Shown here: positions 35,101 to 48,513 of the stretch, one piece after another | How the letters are laid out: each line of letters opens with the position of its first letter | Position numbering within the stretch: the first letter of the stretch is position 1 | NCBI GenBank assembly: GCA_037447605.1 | Contig: CM074808.1 | Coordinates: 2,790,001 to 2,854,000 of the forward strand | Length of the DNA: 64,000 nt | DNA from: Zygnema circumcarinatum SAG 698-1b | Taxonomy: Eukaryota > Plantae > Zygnematophyceae | Direction of reading: 5' to 3' | Translations under genes and position numbers: made by a program | Notes under the pieces: model-generated | What the model saw: only the letters and a program-made list of their open reading frames with translations | The model's database searches: none | What the model was told of the DNA's origin: nothing

Positions 35101-36394
35101 ATTACTCATATGCTATCGAATCTATTGCATACAATGAACAATGAGTGGAGCCATGAAAAATACAGTACATCCCTAAGTTACGCACGCTAAGACAAGTGCA
35201 ATGTTCACTACACGACAATTGATTGGCGCTTGCGTAACCTCCTCTTCTTGGAGACGTCGAGTGACATTACGGGGGTCAGACATTGACTACGGCCAAATCA
35301 ATTCAGTAAGCCTGTCAGGCGAATTAAGCATTGGCTGTACGCATTTCGGTACGGTTGGGTACGGCGGAGCCGCGGATCTCGACTCGGAATTCGTACACGA
35401 AAATTTGACTTTTAGTACTGTACTGTATACCCATGGCCATGGTCCATGTCTGACCCCCCCTCTATTACATTTAGCATTGACGCTCGTAACGTAACGCTCC
35501 TGCTTCTTCAATAAGCAGCGTGGTCATGAACGCTGAAAAAAAAACAATTACTCTTGGATTCATTTGTTTGCCTGCCAAAAGATTGAGTCTGGAAGGAAAG
35601 ATATCCAGAAAGATGAGCAAACCCCACCCTTTTTGTCGTTTCCTGTTACCGTACAGTTTTTTTTTCCCCAAAGCATAGTTAACTTTACTCCCAATCCATT
35701 TACTTTATCGAAATTTTGTGGTGTGCGGGTAGGGGGAGGGGGGTCCACCCATTTGTGGCCGACTCTCGTGCCCATAGTGCGACCAAGTTCCCGCCGTGCG
35801 ACGCGCATGCGGCGTGCGACGTTGCACTGCGACTATTCTGTCCAACGACTACATATACACATGGGAACAGTTTGGCGGAACGAATCGAATTTTTTTTTCG
35901 AAAAAAAAAAGTGAATGCCGAATTCGGCGAATTTCGGTTAGGGAACTCGATTTACCGTACCGTACGGACGCCGGCCAACAGGCGGACAGCGCCGGCCGGC
36001 GACTTGAGGCGCCCGCTGGCAGAGCGAGCGCGATTGGTCGATGGGCGTGCGCGAACCGCTGCGCTGTGCGCGAAACGGACGGCTTCGGTACGGCGGAACG
36101 TGGCGAACATGGAGACATTTCTGCCGTCACGTGGAACGTCGGGCTTGCGGGCGCCCTAACGGGACCCGTTTCGCGGAACGGCTGGAGGGGGGGTGCGGCT
36201 GCTTGAGGGAGCGTAGGGGGGCCCGTTTTGGGCGACTCCCTGCGCCGGTTCGAAGAGCGGAGAGCGGAGGGCTGGGAAGGGCGAGGGTGAGGCAAGTAGA
36301 GGGGAGGGGTTGATGAGCATTGCTGCTGCTTGAGGGGAGGGAAGGGCCAGAGAGGGAGGATTTTGACATTTCATGATTTTTTGAGACATCAGAA

Positions 36395-37731
36395 ATGGCG
36401 TACGGCTACTGGAGCTCCTGGAAGACGGCGCTTCTGTATCTCAATCCATATGCGTTCGCTGCGATTGGGATTGCTATTTCAATTGGTATTTCGGTTCTTG
36501 GAGCTGCATGGTGAGGCAGACCTTGCGCATGATCCTTAAGATGTTTAGAGCGGTAGATTGGATCAGATCAATTAACCTTTTGCCGAGAGAAGGTTGTAGT
36601 GAAGTGGCGGGTATCTCTGATGTTTCTGCCTCAGAGGAAAAGTAATCGCGGCCTCGGGAAGGGATTGTTTTGAGAGGATGTAGATGCAAGACGATTGTGA
36701 CGGACTCGGTCATCCTCTTTGTCAATGTTGCAGGGGCATTCTTATTACGGGAAGCAGTTTGCTTGGAGCTGCTATAAAGGTTCCGCGCATCACATCCAAG
36801 AATCTCATCAGGTACGTGCGGCTCTGGAATGCATGCTCATTGAAGGGTATGTCTTTGCTGCCCCGGAATCGCAGGCGGGAAACCGAGGTTAACTGCAGGG
36901 ACATCGTCTTTGATTGATCATATAAAGGTCAGGATTTTACTGTTAGTGAATTGCACTATTGTTTTTGGCAGTTCTTGGAAGAGTAACTTATCGGCTTTGA
37001 AAAGCCGATAAGAGTTCAGTGCATAGTTGAGTTGGCAGAAGACATCCTTAGGGATGCGGAAGGATCACGACTGCAGTAAGTTTAAAGAATGCTCGAAGGA
37101 GTCTGACGTTGATGCTGCTTCCGTTCGTCCTTGGGTGGTGGCATCCAGCGTTATCTTTTGCGAGGCTGTGGCCATCTACGGCGTTATCGTAGCTATTATT
37201 CTGCAGACAAAGCTGGAAAATGTCAAGCCGAATAGTGAGTTCAAGTACTCTCCGGATTCCATGCGCGCTGGCTATGCAATTTTCAACACTGGCATTATCG
37301 TGGGGTGCGCCAATCTGGTTTGCGGGTAAGTGATAAAGTTTTAGTGGCTTGTTTCTCTCTCATACATAATGCAGCTTGGTTACCGTTTGTTAATGTGCAA
37401 GTGTCGGCCTTCTATCCGTTCGATATGTTTATGATCGCCGTCCAGTCCTTTGTTTCAAACAGCTCCTTCTGGACTGTAGAACTGCTGTTTCCAGATAAGT
37501 TTTGCAAAAATACCCTGCAAAGAACTTCCTCCAATTAAACTTTCTAGATGTTGTTGTTGCAGGCTTTGCGTGGGTATCATTGGCAGCAGCTGCGCCTTGT
37601 CAGATGCTCAAAATTCTACCCTGTTCGTGAAGATTCTGGTTATTGAGATTTTTGGGAGTGCCCTAGGGTTGTTTGGAGTGATTGTGGGTATTATTCTATC
37701 TGCTCAAGCGACATGGGTGTCAAATGCTTGA
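36395..37731 (+). CDS. VHA-c'': V-type proton ATPase proteolipid subunit c'' (VMA16/ATP6V0B), 179 aa
   Basis: Exons 36395-36510, 36734-36811, 37149-37325, 37563-37731 (540 nt). Motifs: [51 protein letters not shown] and [25 protein letters not shown]. Confidence 0.96.
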
Positions 37732-39004
37732 TAAGGCATTTCAGAGCAAGGATAGTGCTGGCGCCGATATAGTAATTTTGTAGAGAATGTTCCTGATTTC
37801 ACTAGGTTTAGCTTTTTCGATGGAAGCGCCCGGTACTCATGTTTATATCCATTGCGAAGCGAGATCGCAAAGTGTCCAACTTAGGCGGATTAACTACGGC
37901 TTCATTGTTTCAGCAGCGCTGTGATAGCAGGAAAGGCGCCCCGTTTACTTTCTGCATTGGCCTATTCGGAATTGTTTAGTCCTCAAAAAATCATTTCATA
38001 TTTGTGCACTGCAGCCAGCAGAGCGGGTGCTGGGGCACCTCTTGGATGGAGCTCTGCAACCTTGTTGTTGAGCGTGACCAGAGTTTATGGTCAGGAAAGG
38101 CAGGAGGAACACCTGCTATCAAAATGGAGCATTGATTGAAATATTTGTATGGGCACTCAGACGCTTAGAACAGTGCACATGCATGTGCAGCACTCACAAG
38201 CATGTGGTGAAGATCACACGTAATTGAGGTGCAGCTGGAAGTCCATGACAAGGTCTGGAGTTGTTAGGGTTTACATGTAGCCAATGTGATACCATGAGGA
38301 AAAGAGCCCGTGTTCAATTACCTAAAGGTCCGGTCCTGCCGTTGCAGTTTGTTGTGAGTGTTTTTGGCACTAGTATTCCTGTGAAGTCAAGTTTAGGTCA
38401 TCATAACCCTAATTTGCAGGTGGCACAGATGGAACCTGTGTGCAGTGTTGCTGCTGTGCGCACCCTTCAAGCCGAACAGACGCCACACAATTGAGAATAA
38501 TTTTGCACGTAACTCAAGTTTGTTTGCCTTTCATGGCTAGCTAAAACTTTCAGGCAGACTTGTGTAAAATCCTGCTCATCCTTTTAAGGCAAAACATGTG
38601 TGAGGCCTTCGTATTGATAAAGATCCAATCCGGTCCGTCGCGGCTCCATGGCCTCTGTCGCATGTCAATGTCCCCACCTCAACCCATAGAGGGTCTCCAA
38701 CGAGGCGCACCTTTTGATAACCGAAGCTGCCTACATAGGCCGTATGAAATCCCAGCTCCCTCTTAATTTGAAAGAATAATCAACACAACAAATAGGGCCA
38801 GCGAGGGCTTCAGAACTCTTTTGATGTGTTAAATTTCAGCAGGGCCTCTACTAAGTGCCGGGGAGTGCATAGAGAGGCGGCTCAGGGAATCAACTTATAT
38901 ACATAGGCAACAGCTCCAAACCATCAGCCCCATGGAACCCAGCGAGCCCCAACTGCACTCTGGTAGAGGCGTGTCATGGCAAAGAAGACGGTGTATCCCT
39001 TTAT

Positions 39005-42000
39005 TTACATTCTGAAGTCCAGCACACAGACGGTATTGTTTGAAAAGCAGGCAGCCACTCTGTCGCCCTCCCTGTTCCAGCAGACTTCAAAGATGCCCCC
39101 GCTGCCTTTGTACGTCTTCACAAGGCTCCCGTCCTTAACGTTCCAGATGTGCAGACATCGGTCCAATGACCCACTCGCCAGCAGTCTTCCGTTGGGGCTG
39201 AAGGCCACCGAGTACACCGGCTCACTGCGCACACGTCCTCTCCCAGAACCATCTCATTAGGTTATGTGCTGCAAGAGGTGTTTGCTCCTATCCACGGGTC
39301 TGCTCTCAGCTAATGCTCTCACAACTGTTTAAGGACACTCAAGAGCGCAGCTTCTCAATTGGCACAGCTTTACAGGATAATGGCTAGCAGTCATAAGGTA
39401 ATAGGTCTCCATATACATGGACTGCTCTCTATGCTTGCTCAATGAGAGTCTTGAAAACCCACCTATGCCTCATTAAACTGGTGATGGACGCTCCATGTTC
39501 CACATCCCACAGTTTGATTGTGGCATCGAAGGAAGCACTGTAATTGCACAGGTTCCAAACAGAACACCCACCGCATGCTGAGCGATATGAACATGTAATG
39601 CTGGAGAATCCTAAAAAAACTTTGAGATTGGGACAGAGTAATCAATCTGAAAGTGCAAGCAGGCTCCGCTTTACGTGTTGGATAATCCCTCACATTCGCT
39701 ATAAACCACTGTTCACACATTCTTGCACGCCCGCCAACAACTCAAGTGGAACTCAAGCATTGGCCATTGAGTAAACTGAGAAATGACGCTTTGATCTGAC
39801 TTTCACTGTGTGGGGGATGATCTGAGTAACCGTAAGGATCATATTCTGCTCCAGATCACAAGTAGCATGACATTTAAGGAAAAAGGACAGTCCATTCCCG
39901 GAAAAGCAATTGTGTCTGCTTTACCTCGTGTTGTTTAGCTACAACAGCCCATGACAGCATGTCAGCCTTTCTTTGTGGCCCTAAACTTGAATCCGAATCA
40001 GAAGGTGACCTAAAACTGCAGCGCAAACTGAAGACTGGAGCCAAAGCGAGAACCCGAAATTAAACTTGAATAAAATATGCAGCTAGGTCAAACATCAAAG
40101 CAGATACTAAGCCTCAAATCCCCATAGGATAGCGGCCTCTACCTGGCAAGGATGAGCTGCTGATTGGGGTTACTCGTTCCAGGCCCAGTGGGGCTCCACT
40201 TGATTGTATAAATTTCCTGCACAGAATCTCATTTGCAAAGTCAAGAGAAACCACAAGATCCTTTTGCGGCCAAAAGATTTGACAATCACAGCAAGAAACA
40301 GGCAATGTAAGGGTGGAGTTGAACTCCCGGGTATAAAAGACGGTAGCGAAAGGACCCTGTCCCTCTAGCAGCATTGAAAGCATGAGAGGCGGCAATTGAC
40401 AGGTCTGAGAGAGAGTTCCCTGTGCTTGCCTTGGCGTGCTCTCGGAAATCATGAAGGCATTTGTCTGCTTTGGGACTCCAAATCTGCAACATACGGCATC
40501 TGGAGGCAGAGTGAGGAGGTAGCCTTGGCGAGACGTAACGCAGGTCATCATGCTTTGAGGGCAGCAAGAAACTGTTGGAAAGATAAGGACTGTAATATTA
40601 GAAAAAAGCTGTGTGAAACAGGCTTCCTGAAAACAAGGGCGTAAACAAAACCTTTGTAGGCAATTGCAAATGCATTTGAAACGTTTAGCAACCAAGTCTG
40701 CCTTAATCTGGAAGTGGACGGATTCAAAACTGATCTCATAGATTAGAAAAGTTACAGACTGAAATTCTCCAGCCAACAATGCATCAACAGGACATTTGAG
40801 TGAACACCAGCAGGACTGCAATGACTTAAACCTGACAAAACTGACAAAGAAATCAGAGACAGAGTTATGATAGGCATCTAAAGCAGCAAGACTTGTTTCA
40901 GAGTGTATAGACGACCAGGGCTTATTAATACTTAAGAAAAACACCTCTCACACGAAAATCTGCTCACAGTTATTCACCTTTGCTGTGTAGTCATCCGAGC
41001 AGGAGGCAAGCAGTGTTCCGGTAGGGTCCCACTTTATCGCATTCACTTCATCCTACGCAGCCCCAAAAAGACCACAGATACCCTCTAGATTAGAAACGAC
41101 GTTGGGAGGCTACCTAGTATCTATCTATCGATCATTTCCCCTGGCTTGTCCTACTTACAAAAACTACTGAGAAAAGGTCCCATGCTCACCGAACCTCCAA
41201 GAAGAAACATAAACAAGATTTCAATGGCGTTTCATCTCACCTGATGCCCAGTAAACACTTTGACAGGCCGGGTTTCCCCAAGTTTACAGACATATATCAT
41301 GCGATCTGTCGAACAGGTGGCAAAGGATGCATTGTTCCGCCAGTCCACGTCCAAAGTGGGAGCTGTCCCCCTCTCCACCACACAGAATTGACAGCAGAAT
41401 GGGAAAAAGAGTTGGGGACGAGAAAACATAGAACGCTCGACAAGGAGGCAATAGGACTTTCATGTTTGGAGTAGATCTGAATGGGAAATAAACCACTAAT
41501 AGACTTGCTAATAAACTTACCTGAGTGGAATTCAAACTGCTGCTTCACATCGCCTGATTTCGCATCCCAGACAATCGCAGTCTTATCGACGCTTCCCGAA
41601 AGGAGGCAGTCCCCTTTCTTGTTCCATTTGAGAGAAAAGATGGGACCTTTGTGTTTGGTGAGAGTGGTTTTTAGCTCTCCTGCAATCAAGGAAGAAGGCA
41701 TTATCATGACATGATGTCAAAGATCTCATATCTGCCTCTCCGCAAGAGCTCTTAAAGTCGGCAGAATCCGTGCTAAACATATCACTTAATTACTATAACT
41801 GTAATACAACTAACGAGCATGAGCAAAAGACAATGAAATCATCTTGAGAACAACCCCATTGGTTCACTTGCATTCTTTCTCTTCATCTTCATTCGTGCCT
41901 CTCTACGTACCATCCTTACTCCATATTCGCGCTTGACCGTCGTACGACCCCGTTGCTAGCAATGATCCATCTCCCTGTTCAGCCAAAGGCGAAAAGATAA

Positions 42001-44763
42001 GATTGAAACAACGGTTTCGGTTGCTGATTTCGCCCAAAAACCGGATCCAGTAACAGGACAGTAGTAGCGGAAGTAGGAGGAAAGAATAGTAGCAGGGTAC
42101 CCTAGAATGAAAAGACAAGTTAGACTTCCATTGCCAAAAGGCAACCAACGAACTCACGTAAGGCTAAGGAGCCATCCAGTTCAACAGAAGGCCAGCACCA
42201 AAGAAGACAATACCATGCCACATTCTCCAATGAACTGACATACAACAGGAGGAAATCGTTTAACCACGTCGTGATTCGTGATTTCAGAGTGACCAGATCT
42301 CAAAAAGCAAGACATGGCAGCAAAAGAAGTGCAGCGAAAGCTTACATTCCAGTCGAGAGTTGTGACATCTTTGGCCTTCTCGTTGATTTTCCCCTTTCCG
42401 TGTCTCAACACTATCGGCCGTTGTGAATGGGTCAAAGCCTGAGCTCCCGATGGCCCATCAGGAACGTGCCATATTCGGGCTGTGGAATCCCCGGACCTGT
42501 CATGGAAAAAGGGGGATTTCACGAATAAACAATGCATTAACGTTCGTGCGTAACAAAATAGTGGTCAGTTTTACTTTTCACTTTCACTCTTGCTACAGAC
42601 TTACATCAAGTGTGGCACTGCTCAAAAACATGTTGATGTGTGCTTACCCCGATGCTAACAAAGATCCGTTTGGACTCCAGGCACAGATAAAGACCTGCGC
42701 ATGCCGAAACAGAGAGTTGCGTTGTGCTATAAACAAGGGTTGCAGAAAAAGGAGATTAATAGCACCAATAACAATATTTGGCAATAAGCAAGCACCGACA
42801 TCTCTCCCTCATTAACAAAACCAGAAAGGAAGACAGACAAGACAGACAAGACAGACAGCTTGATGACACTGAAAACCCTAAAAACTAGAATGCTTTATAA
42901 GCTTGAGAATTGCAGCAATTCTCTGTCGAGTCACTGAACGAAACTCTTTGACCTAACGGTTTTCTCAAAACCTCTACCATTTTGCAGCCCTACTAAAGGC
43001 GCAGACCTGCTGTCGCCCCAAAAGGAAAAGTCAAACCTACCTCTGAGGTGTGACCTTCAAAAACGGTAACGTCATCAGGCGAGATCACGCCAGGTGCTCC
43101 TCCTCCATTATCGACTTCCATGGGCTCTGCCCCGCCTCCGCCTGATACCAGCCAGAACAATGCCAGCTACAACACGTTTCATTTCAATGTGAGAACGGAT
43201 TCAGCTGATATATGCAGTACAGTCACTGTCCATGCAGCAGAGTTTATCAACATAAAACACTCTGCACTTCTGCTAAACGCCTTGGAGGCTGAAATCATTT
43301 GTGGTGCACGAGAGTTTTACTACACAAAAAAACATGGAGCGACATAGCTCCATTACTTCAACGAGCACAGAGGATATAGGAATAATAGCCCAGGTTGTTT
43401 TCTCGTCTCCAGGCTTCTTTTACATAGTATGAGCATTCATAGGAATGCTATTGATGACCCACTTCTTGACTTATGGAGCATTAGGGGAGTAAAAGCCATT
43501 TCTGAACTAGGACAAACATGTTATGTGCAGCGAGTACGCACCATTTCTAGTCCAAGACGACGGAACCTCCGTCTTCACCTTCACCTTCTCTTCCCGTTCC
43601 CTCTCTGACCGCTCTGCTCTCTCGCGCTCCTTTTCCCTCTCGCGCTCCTTCTGCTCCCGCTCTTTCTCTTGCCTTTCTCGTTCACGTTCTCTTTCACTTT
43701 CTAATCTCTCACGCTCTTTTTCCCGCTCCCTTTCTCTTTCCCGTTCCTTCTCCCGTTCCTTCTCCCTCTCCCTTTCTTTTTCCTTTTCCTTCTCGCGCAA
43801 CTTCAGCTCTCGTCTTTCGAATATTGTCCTGCGCAACTCTGCTACGTCCTTCGTAAGAAGATCCATAGGCTGCAGTAACGCGAAGTCTGCTTCTACATCT
43901 GCCCCTGTCTGTTCACAAGAAAATATCCCAAGCGCGTACCGTCCACACGCAAGCTCAGTATGACTGCAGCAGGGTTTCATGCTGTAAAAACACCGTCTCG
44001 TACCTTGACTGGTGCAAAGATGACCCGCCCAAACAAATACATTCAGGAAACGAGCCACGCATGGCACAAGAAGATAAAGCTTCAAAAAGTTCAGACAATA
44101 CCGGCTCAAAACTGCAGGTTTCCGGCGAACACTTCTCCCACAGTCATCAGAAACACAGTCCTGCTTGCATGAGTACTTCGGCTGAACCGCTTGGGACAGA
44201 AGCGCAATCATAAGAACACCCTACGAGCCTTACTTCAGGTGGATATCCGTCTTGAAGAATGAAAACAAGGTGCAGCATGACTATCGCTGCGGCATTTCTG
44301 AACCCAATAATGCACTCCATATTGACTGTCAAGTGCTGCTAATGTGCATGACAAAAAAAGAAATGCCAAGACACTTGGCCCTTAAACGTTTCCCTACATG
44401 GCAGCAAAGTGCTCAATTCATCCAGCATGCCTTACATCGTCAAGGTTCGCCTCCAACTCCAAATACTGTAGCCCTTTCTGTATGAAGGAAACCAGAGCCC
44501 CCGGAGGGACATCGTTTCCGTTGATCGTGTTCTTATTCAGCCTCGCCTCATATCCCAAGGTAAAGGCTGAGTGGGTGAAGCCTGCGTCAGGATGCAAGAA
44601 GCACACATGAGGGGATTGCGGATTACATGGCGGACAGGGAAGGACTCCCCTGCTTTCCGAACAGTCAGCAATGTGAAAAAGGCAGGCGAACAAGGGACTC
44701 ACCTGATTCCTGGAGATATCTGAACACCAAATAGTTCACTTCGTCGGAGGTGATGGACGCCAT
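39005..44763 (-). CDS. HOS15: HOS15 / TBL1-like LisH-WD40 corepressor subunit, 571 aa, 14 exons
   Basis: Exons (minus): 44763-44703, 44581-44436, 43908-43542, 43141-43041, 42694-42648, 42496-42346, 41974-41911, 41679-41521, 41362-41241, 41052-40978, 40483-40430, 40216-40143, 39537-39463, 39224-39005 (1716 nt). LisH motif [19 protein letters not shown], an RERE repeat, WD40 repeats, and the C-terminus [10 protein letters not shown]. Confidence 0.96.
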
Positions 44764-45389
44764 GATGTTTCTGCTTCAATTGTCAAGCATGCTCCGCTGA
44801 GTGAGGAAGGACGAGGCCTTCCCTCCCCTGCCTGAGGGCAACCTGCAGTCGCCTACCATGCCCTATCAAACCCTAAAAGCCGTTCCGTGTTGCTCCGCAG
44901 TTCAGTTCCCCCTTAAGCGGAACGACACCTACATAGAACGCTGCTGCAGCGCGGCCAGCGGCCATGCTGCGGACCCCGTGGACAAGTTGGCCAATGACGG
45001 CCGGCCACGGCCCCAAGGGGCCCACGTGGCGCCTTCTGACTGGTCCATCCATTCATTTTTTTTATCGAACTGCCCGTGGAAACCTCCCGCCGTACTGTTA
45101 AGTGCACAATATGACGTCACAAGTGGCTGTAGGTAGACGTCAACTGTATGGTTATGATGTCAGCGGGTGTCTCCCCTAGCGTGCGTTTTCCCTTTACAGT
45201 ACCGGCGGGTCGAAGCTTTCGCTGGAGTTGCAAACCGAGGCGGAAAGTTTGCAACCTCCGAGCGAGGTTTCTCACCCAGCTTCAACCTGTTGGCCCTCGG
45301 TCGTCCGCACGTGTGAGCCAGCTGGTACTCGGAAGGCGGAAGGCGGAAGGCGGAAGGCGGACGCGTAGCAAGCGCCAGCAGGAAATCGC

Positions 45390-45411
45390 CACGTGTTATC
45401 CACGTGGCAAC
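45390..45411. promoter_or_regulatory. G-box / TTATC / G-box composite in the HOS15-hydrolase divergent promoter
   Basis: Sequence cacgtgttatccacgtggcaac. Confidence 0.4.
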
Positions 45412-45555
45412 ATGTGGCACCTAATGAATCTCACATGACACCAGGAATTCTTCACGAGGCCGCCCGAAAAATGTTTGAGTTGCCCGTGACGCCGGCCCGT
45501 TGTAAAGTGTCACGTGTCAGCATTTAGTTGAGTAATTCAGATTCTCCCGAGTCGA

Positions 45556-46015
45556 CCGTAGAACCGAACAGGTTGAGACAAGTAAGGGAGTTTACTTAAT
45601 TTCTCAATTCCCAACCTTATTGAATAGGGTTGCACTTTGAACACTCGAGGTCGAAACTTTTTCAATTAAGAAAGCGAAAAGTTTTAAGAAAAAAGTTCAG
45701 CGACTCAATGTGTTCGGTCGCACGTGTGGATTCCATATTTGGCCACGTTGGTTCCTTGCGATTCGAGGAATCCAGTTAACCCGAGCGCCATTTTTTCCAT
45801 ACGACACGAACGATAATTAAGTGTTCAATTTGCATATGATTCACCATAAAAATTGTATTGAGAAAAAAAATCACGAGTTCATTTCTCATTTCTCAAAAAT
45901 TGGATCGTGTTCACAAATCTAGGGTTTTTATTTAGAAACTGGTTTTGAAAGTTTTTTTTTTTTTGAGAAGCCAAAATCTTTAATTTCTCTTTTCTCAACC
46001 TGTTCGGTTTTACGG
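45556..46015. mobile_element. ~460-bp AT-rich MITE, pogo/Tc1-mariner type
   Basis: TIRs CCGTAGAACCGAACAGGTTGAGA (45556-45578) and TCTCAACCTGTTCGGTTTTACGG (45993-46015), one mismatch. Right flank TA, left flank GA (possibly a mutated TA TSD). The TIR start resembles pogo-family CAGTAAAACC ends. Confidence 0.75.
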
Positions 46016-46217
46016 TACCCCATTTTTACTGTTCGGGTACGAAGGCGAGACCCAAACGTCCATTCACCATCTGTCCAAAACCGTCCGCTTGTGATGACGT
46101 CATGCAAAGTATAGCGACGTCAGCCGCAGTTGAAGCAAGCTGGAAGTCGAGCCATGAGTGCGCGCTCGTTCAGTGAATGTCGTCGGCTGACATCTTGAAA
46201 GCCTTTAAAGGACAGCC

Positions 46218-47147
46218 ATGGCTGCCCCCCCCGCACCGGAGAAGCAGCGTGCGCCTTGGGATACGCCCGAGCTTCTGGAGGTCGGGAAGGGCGTGACGTG
46301 GAGAGAAGCGAGCTTCCAATCCGACGACATAACGATTGTGTATTACTACACTGAGCCGGAGTCTGTTCTTCCAAAGCTTGTTTATATCCACGGCCGTGGC
46401 TCCGCCGGGGCAACCTCCCTGCTTCCTTTCGCAGGCTTTGCAGATGCCTTCCACGTGTTCGTTCCGGACGGCCGGGGTCGTGGCAAGACACAGCCATGTC
46501 CTCACGGCTCCTTCACTATGCCTCGCTTAATTCAAGATGCTATAGCCGCCATCAAACATGTCTCTCCTGGAGAGCCTGTATATCTAATTGGTCATTCCAT
46601 GGGAGCTTCGATAGCAGCACGCCTTGCAAAGGAGCATCCAGAGCTTGTGGCAGGTTTAGTCTTGGAAGATCCTCCATGGCGGCAGTTCCCTGGAGAAACG
46701 GCCCCTCTCACTGGGCTTCCTCCAGGAGGCGGACCGTTTCGTAAGGCTAGAGCCGTGCAAAATTTATCTGAAGAAGAGTTTTTGCAGGAGGAGGAGAAAC
46801 AGGGAGGTCACCGACTGCCTGAGCCATCGAAGACGCCTGTATGGGCGATGCGAGTGATGGATGTAGATCCAATAGAATATGCATTTACGGAAGAAGGGAT
46901 TGAAGTCAAGATAAGCGAGGCTGTGGAGGGAATAACTGTACCGGTTCTCATTATGAGGGCTTCTCATCTTTACCCGAAGGTAGCTGAAAAGGTGCTCGAG
47001 ACATATGCAGAAGGGGAAGAGATTTATTTTCCTGGAGAAGGACTACACACGATTCACAGTCCACCCAATCTCAGGAAGTGGTTGCAGGATGTCAAGGCAT
47101 TTTTTGCTAGGGTGAAGGCTAGTCGAAGCGAAGGAGGTCGGAAGTGA
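46218..47147 (+). CDS. Intronless alpha/beta-hydrolase (bacterial type), 309 aa
   Basis: Single ORF with a good ATG context. Motifs: YIHGRG, DGRGRG, LIGHSMGA nucleophile elbow, LVLEDPPW, GEGLHTIH. Confidence 0.9.
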   Translation: MAAPPAPEKQRAPWDTPELLEVGKGVTWREASFQSDDITIVYYYTEPESVLPKLVYIHGRGSAGATSLLPFAGFADAFHVFVPDGRGRGKTQPCPHGSFTMPRLIQDAIAAIKHVSPGEPVYLIGHSMGASIAARLAKEHPELVAGLVLEDPPWRQFPGETAPLTGLPPGGGPFRKARAVQNLSEEEFLQEEEKQGGHRLPEPSKTPVWAMRVMDVDPIEYAFTEEGIEVKISEAVEGITVPVLIMRASHLYPKVAEKVLETYAEGEEIYFPGEGLHTIHSPPNLRKWLQDVKAFFARVKASRSEGGRK

Positions 47148-48513
47148 GCATTAGGCAAACAAGTTTTCAGTTTTCGTACCTTTCACTTGTAAAAGAGGGA
47201 CGTGAGCTGCTTTGGCCGATGGCAAGCAACTGTCACGAGGCTGCTTCCAAAATCAATTTTGTTATATAACTCTCAAGTTATAGCAAACCAAGCCAGCTTC
47301 GAACACTTATTCGAGGTTTTTTATATATACAAGATAGGACGGCATATTTTTAAAAACAGCATGTGACGTTTCCAGTCACCTTCCGTTTTTTAAATAAGCC
47401 ACTGTCTTTTAACGAGGTCGTTGATTGGTTCATAGCATGGTCAACGTAGCCACACTCTTGAGTGAAACTTGAACATCAAAAGTTCGTTAACTTATTGATT
47501 TCAAATCACCTTGTTTGTTTTTATCGAATTGTCAACTGCTTCATTGCGGTAGATGCTGGTGGATTGGATTCCAATTTTTTGTCTGGTTTAAAGACAACAA
47601 CGTGACTTCTCGTTTTCCCAAGAAAATGTTTGCAGGATTGCAGCCAGTGAAAACGGTTTAGTTAAAAGTTTGATTACTTTATTTTCTAAGTGATTGAATC
47701 AGAAAGCGAATAGACAAGTTTTCATTTGCATGTACTTCAACGAAGTCTCATGGAACAGCGCAGTGCAAAAATGTGGTAACAGTGCAATGTGATGCTCGTT
47801 GACTTGGATTAGGGAAGGGCAGGGCAGGGAAAACAAGCCACCCGCCATTGCTCAAGTCGATAAACATGTTGAGATGCCGATACAGGGAATGGATTCACGG
47901 CACCAGATTCTAGGAAAGCACATGAATAGAAAGCGTCAAAGGCACAAACAACCTGCAATGGAGTTCATTTGTACCGGAAGGAGCGTTGGGATGAGCGGGT
48001 CAGATCGGCTGGACACCAGACCGTAGCCTTGGCCTGTTGCTGCAGCTTATGAACCCGAATCAATTATTTGGCATTAGCACATGTGTGCTGCTCAGCCAAA
48101 GTTCACTACCTGTGTATCTGCTTTTCAGTGGTGCAATTTTATACTACGAGCTGAGCCTGTTGACAACACAGGTCTTCAGTATGAGAAAATTCAAATGGAC
48201 GTGGGCGTCTAAACCTGCAACGTCCTGCCTGACTGTCTGCTACCAAAGCCGGATACTCTGCAAGTCTTGACTTTCCCTTAATTTAGATTGAAGTCTCAGT
48301 ACAATTGGACGGACCGTAGATGCTTTGCATCGCCAAGCCAGATACAAGTCGTTTTGTATAATCCCGGGGAGACGTTCAGATAACTCTACGACAGTCTAAG
48401 GTGTCTGCCACTACGGTTCAAAATGTAGCATGGGCTATTTTACGACGCAGGAGGTTTCAAATACAAGTTTTCACGGGGTACTAGTCAGCACAGGATAATT
48501 GTTGGTGGATGGA

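Noticed and set aside
36215-36230. GGGGCCCGTTTTG resembling a PIF/Harbinger TIR
   Set aside because: No partner end found on the other side of the transposase remnant. It lies in the GC-rich VHA-c'' leader.
40114-40944. 276-aa minus-strand ORF
   Set aside because: Spans HOS15 introns and crosses its exons out of frame. No domain.
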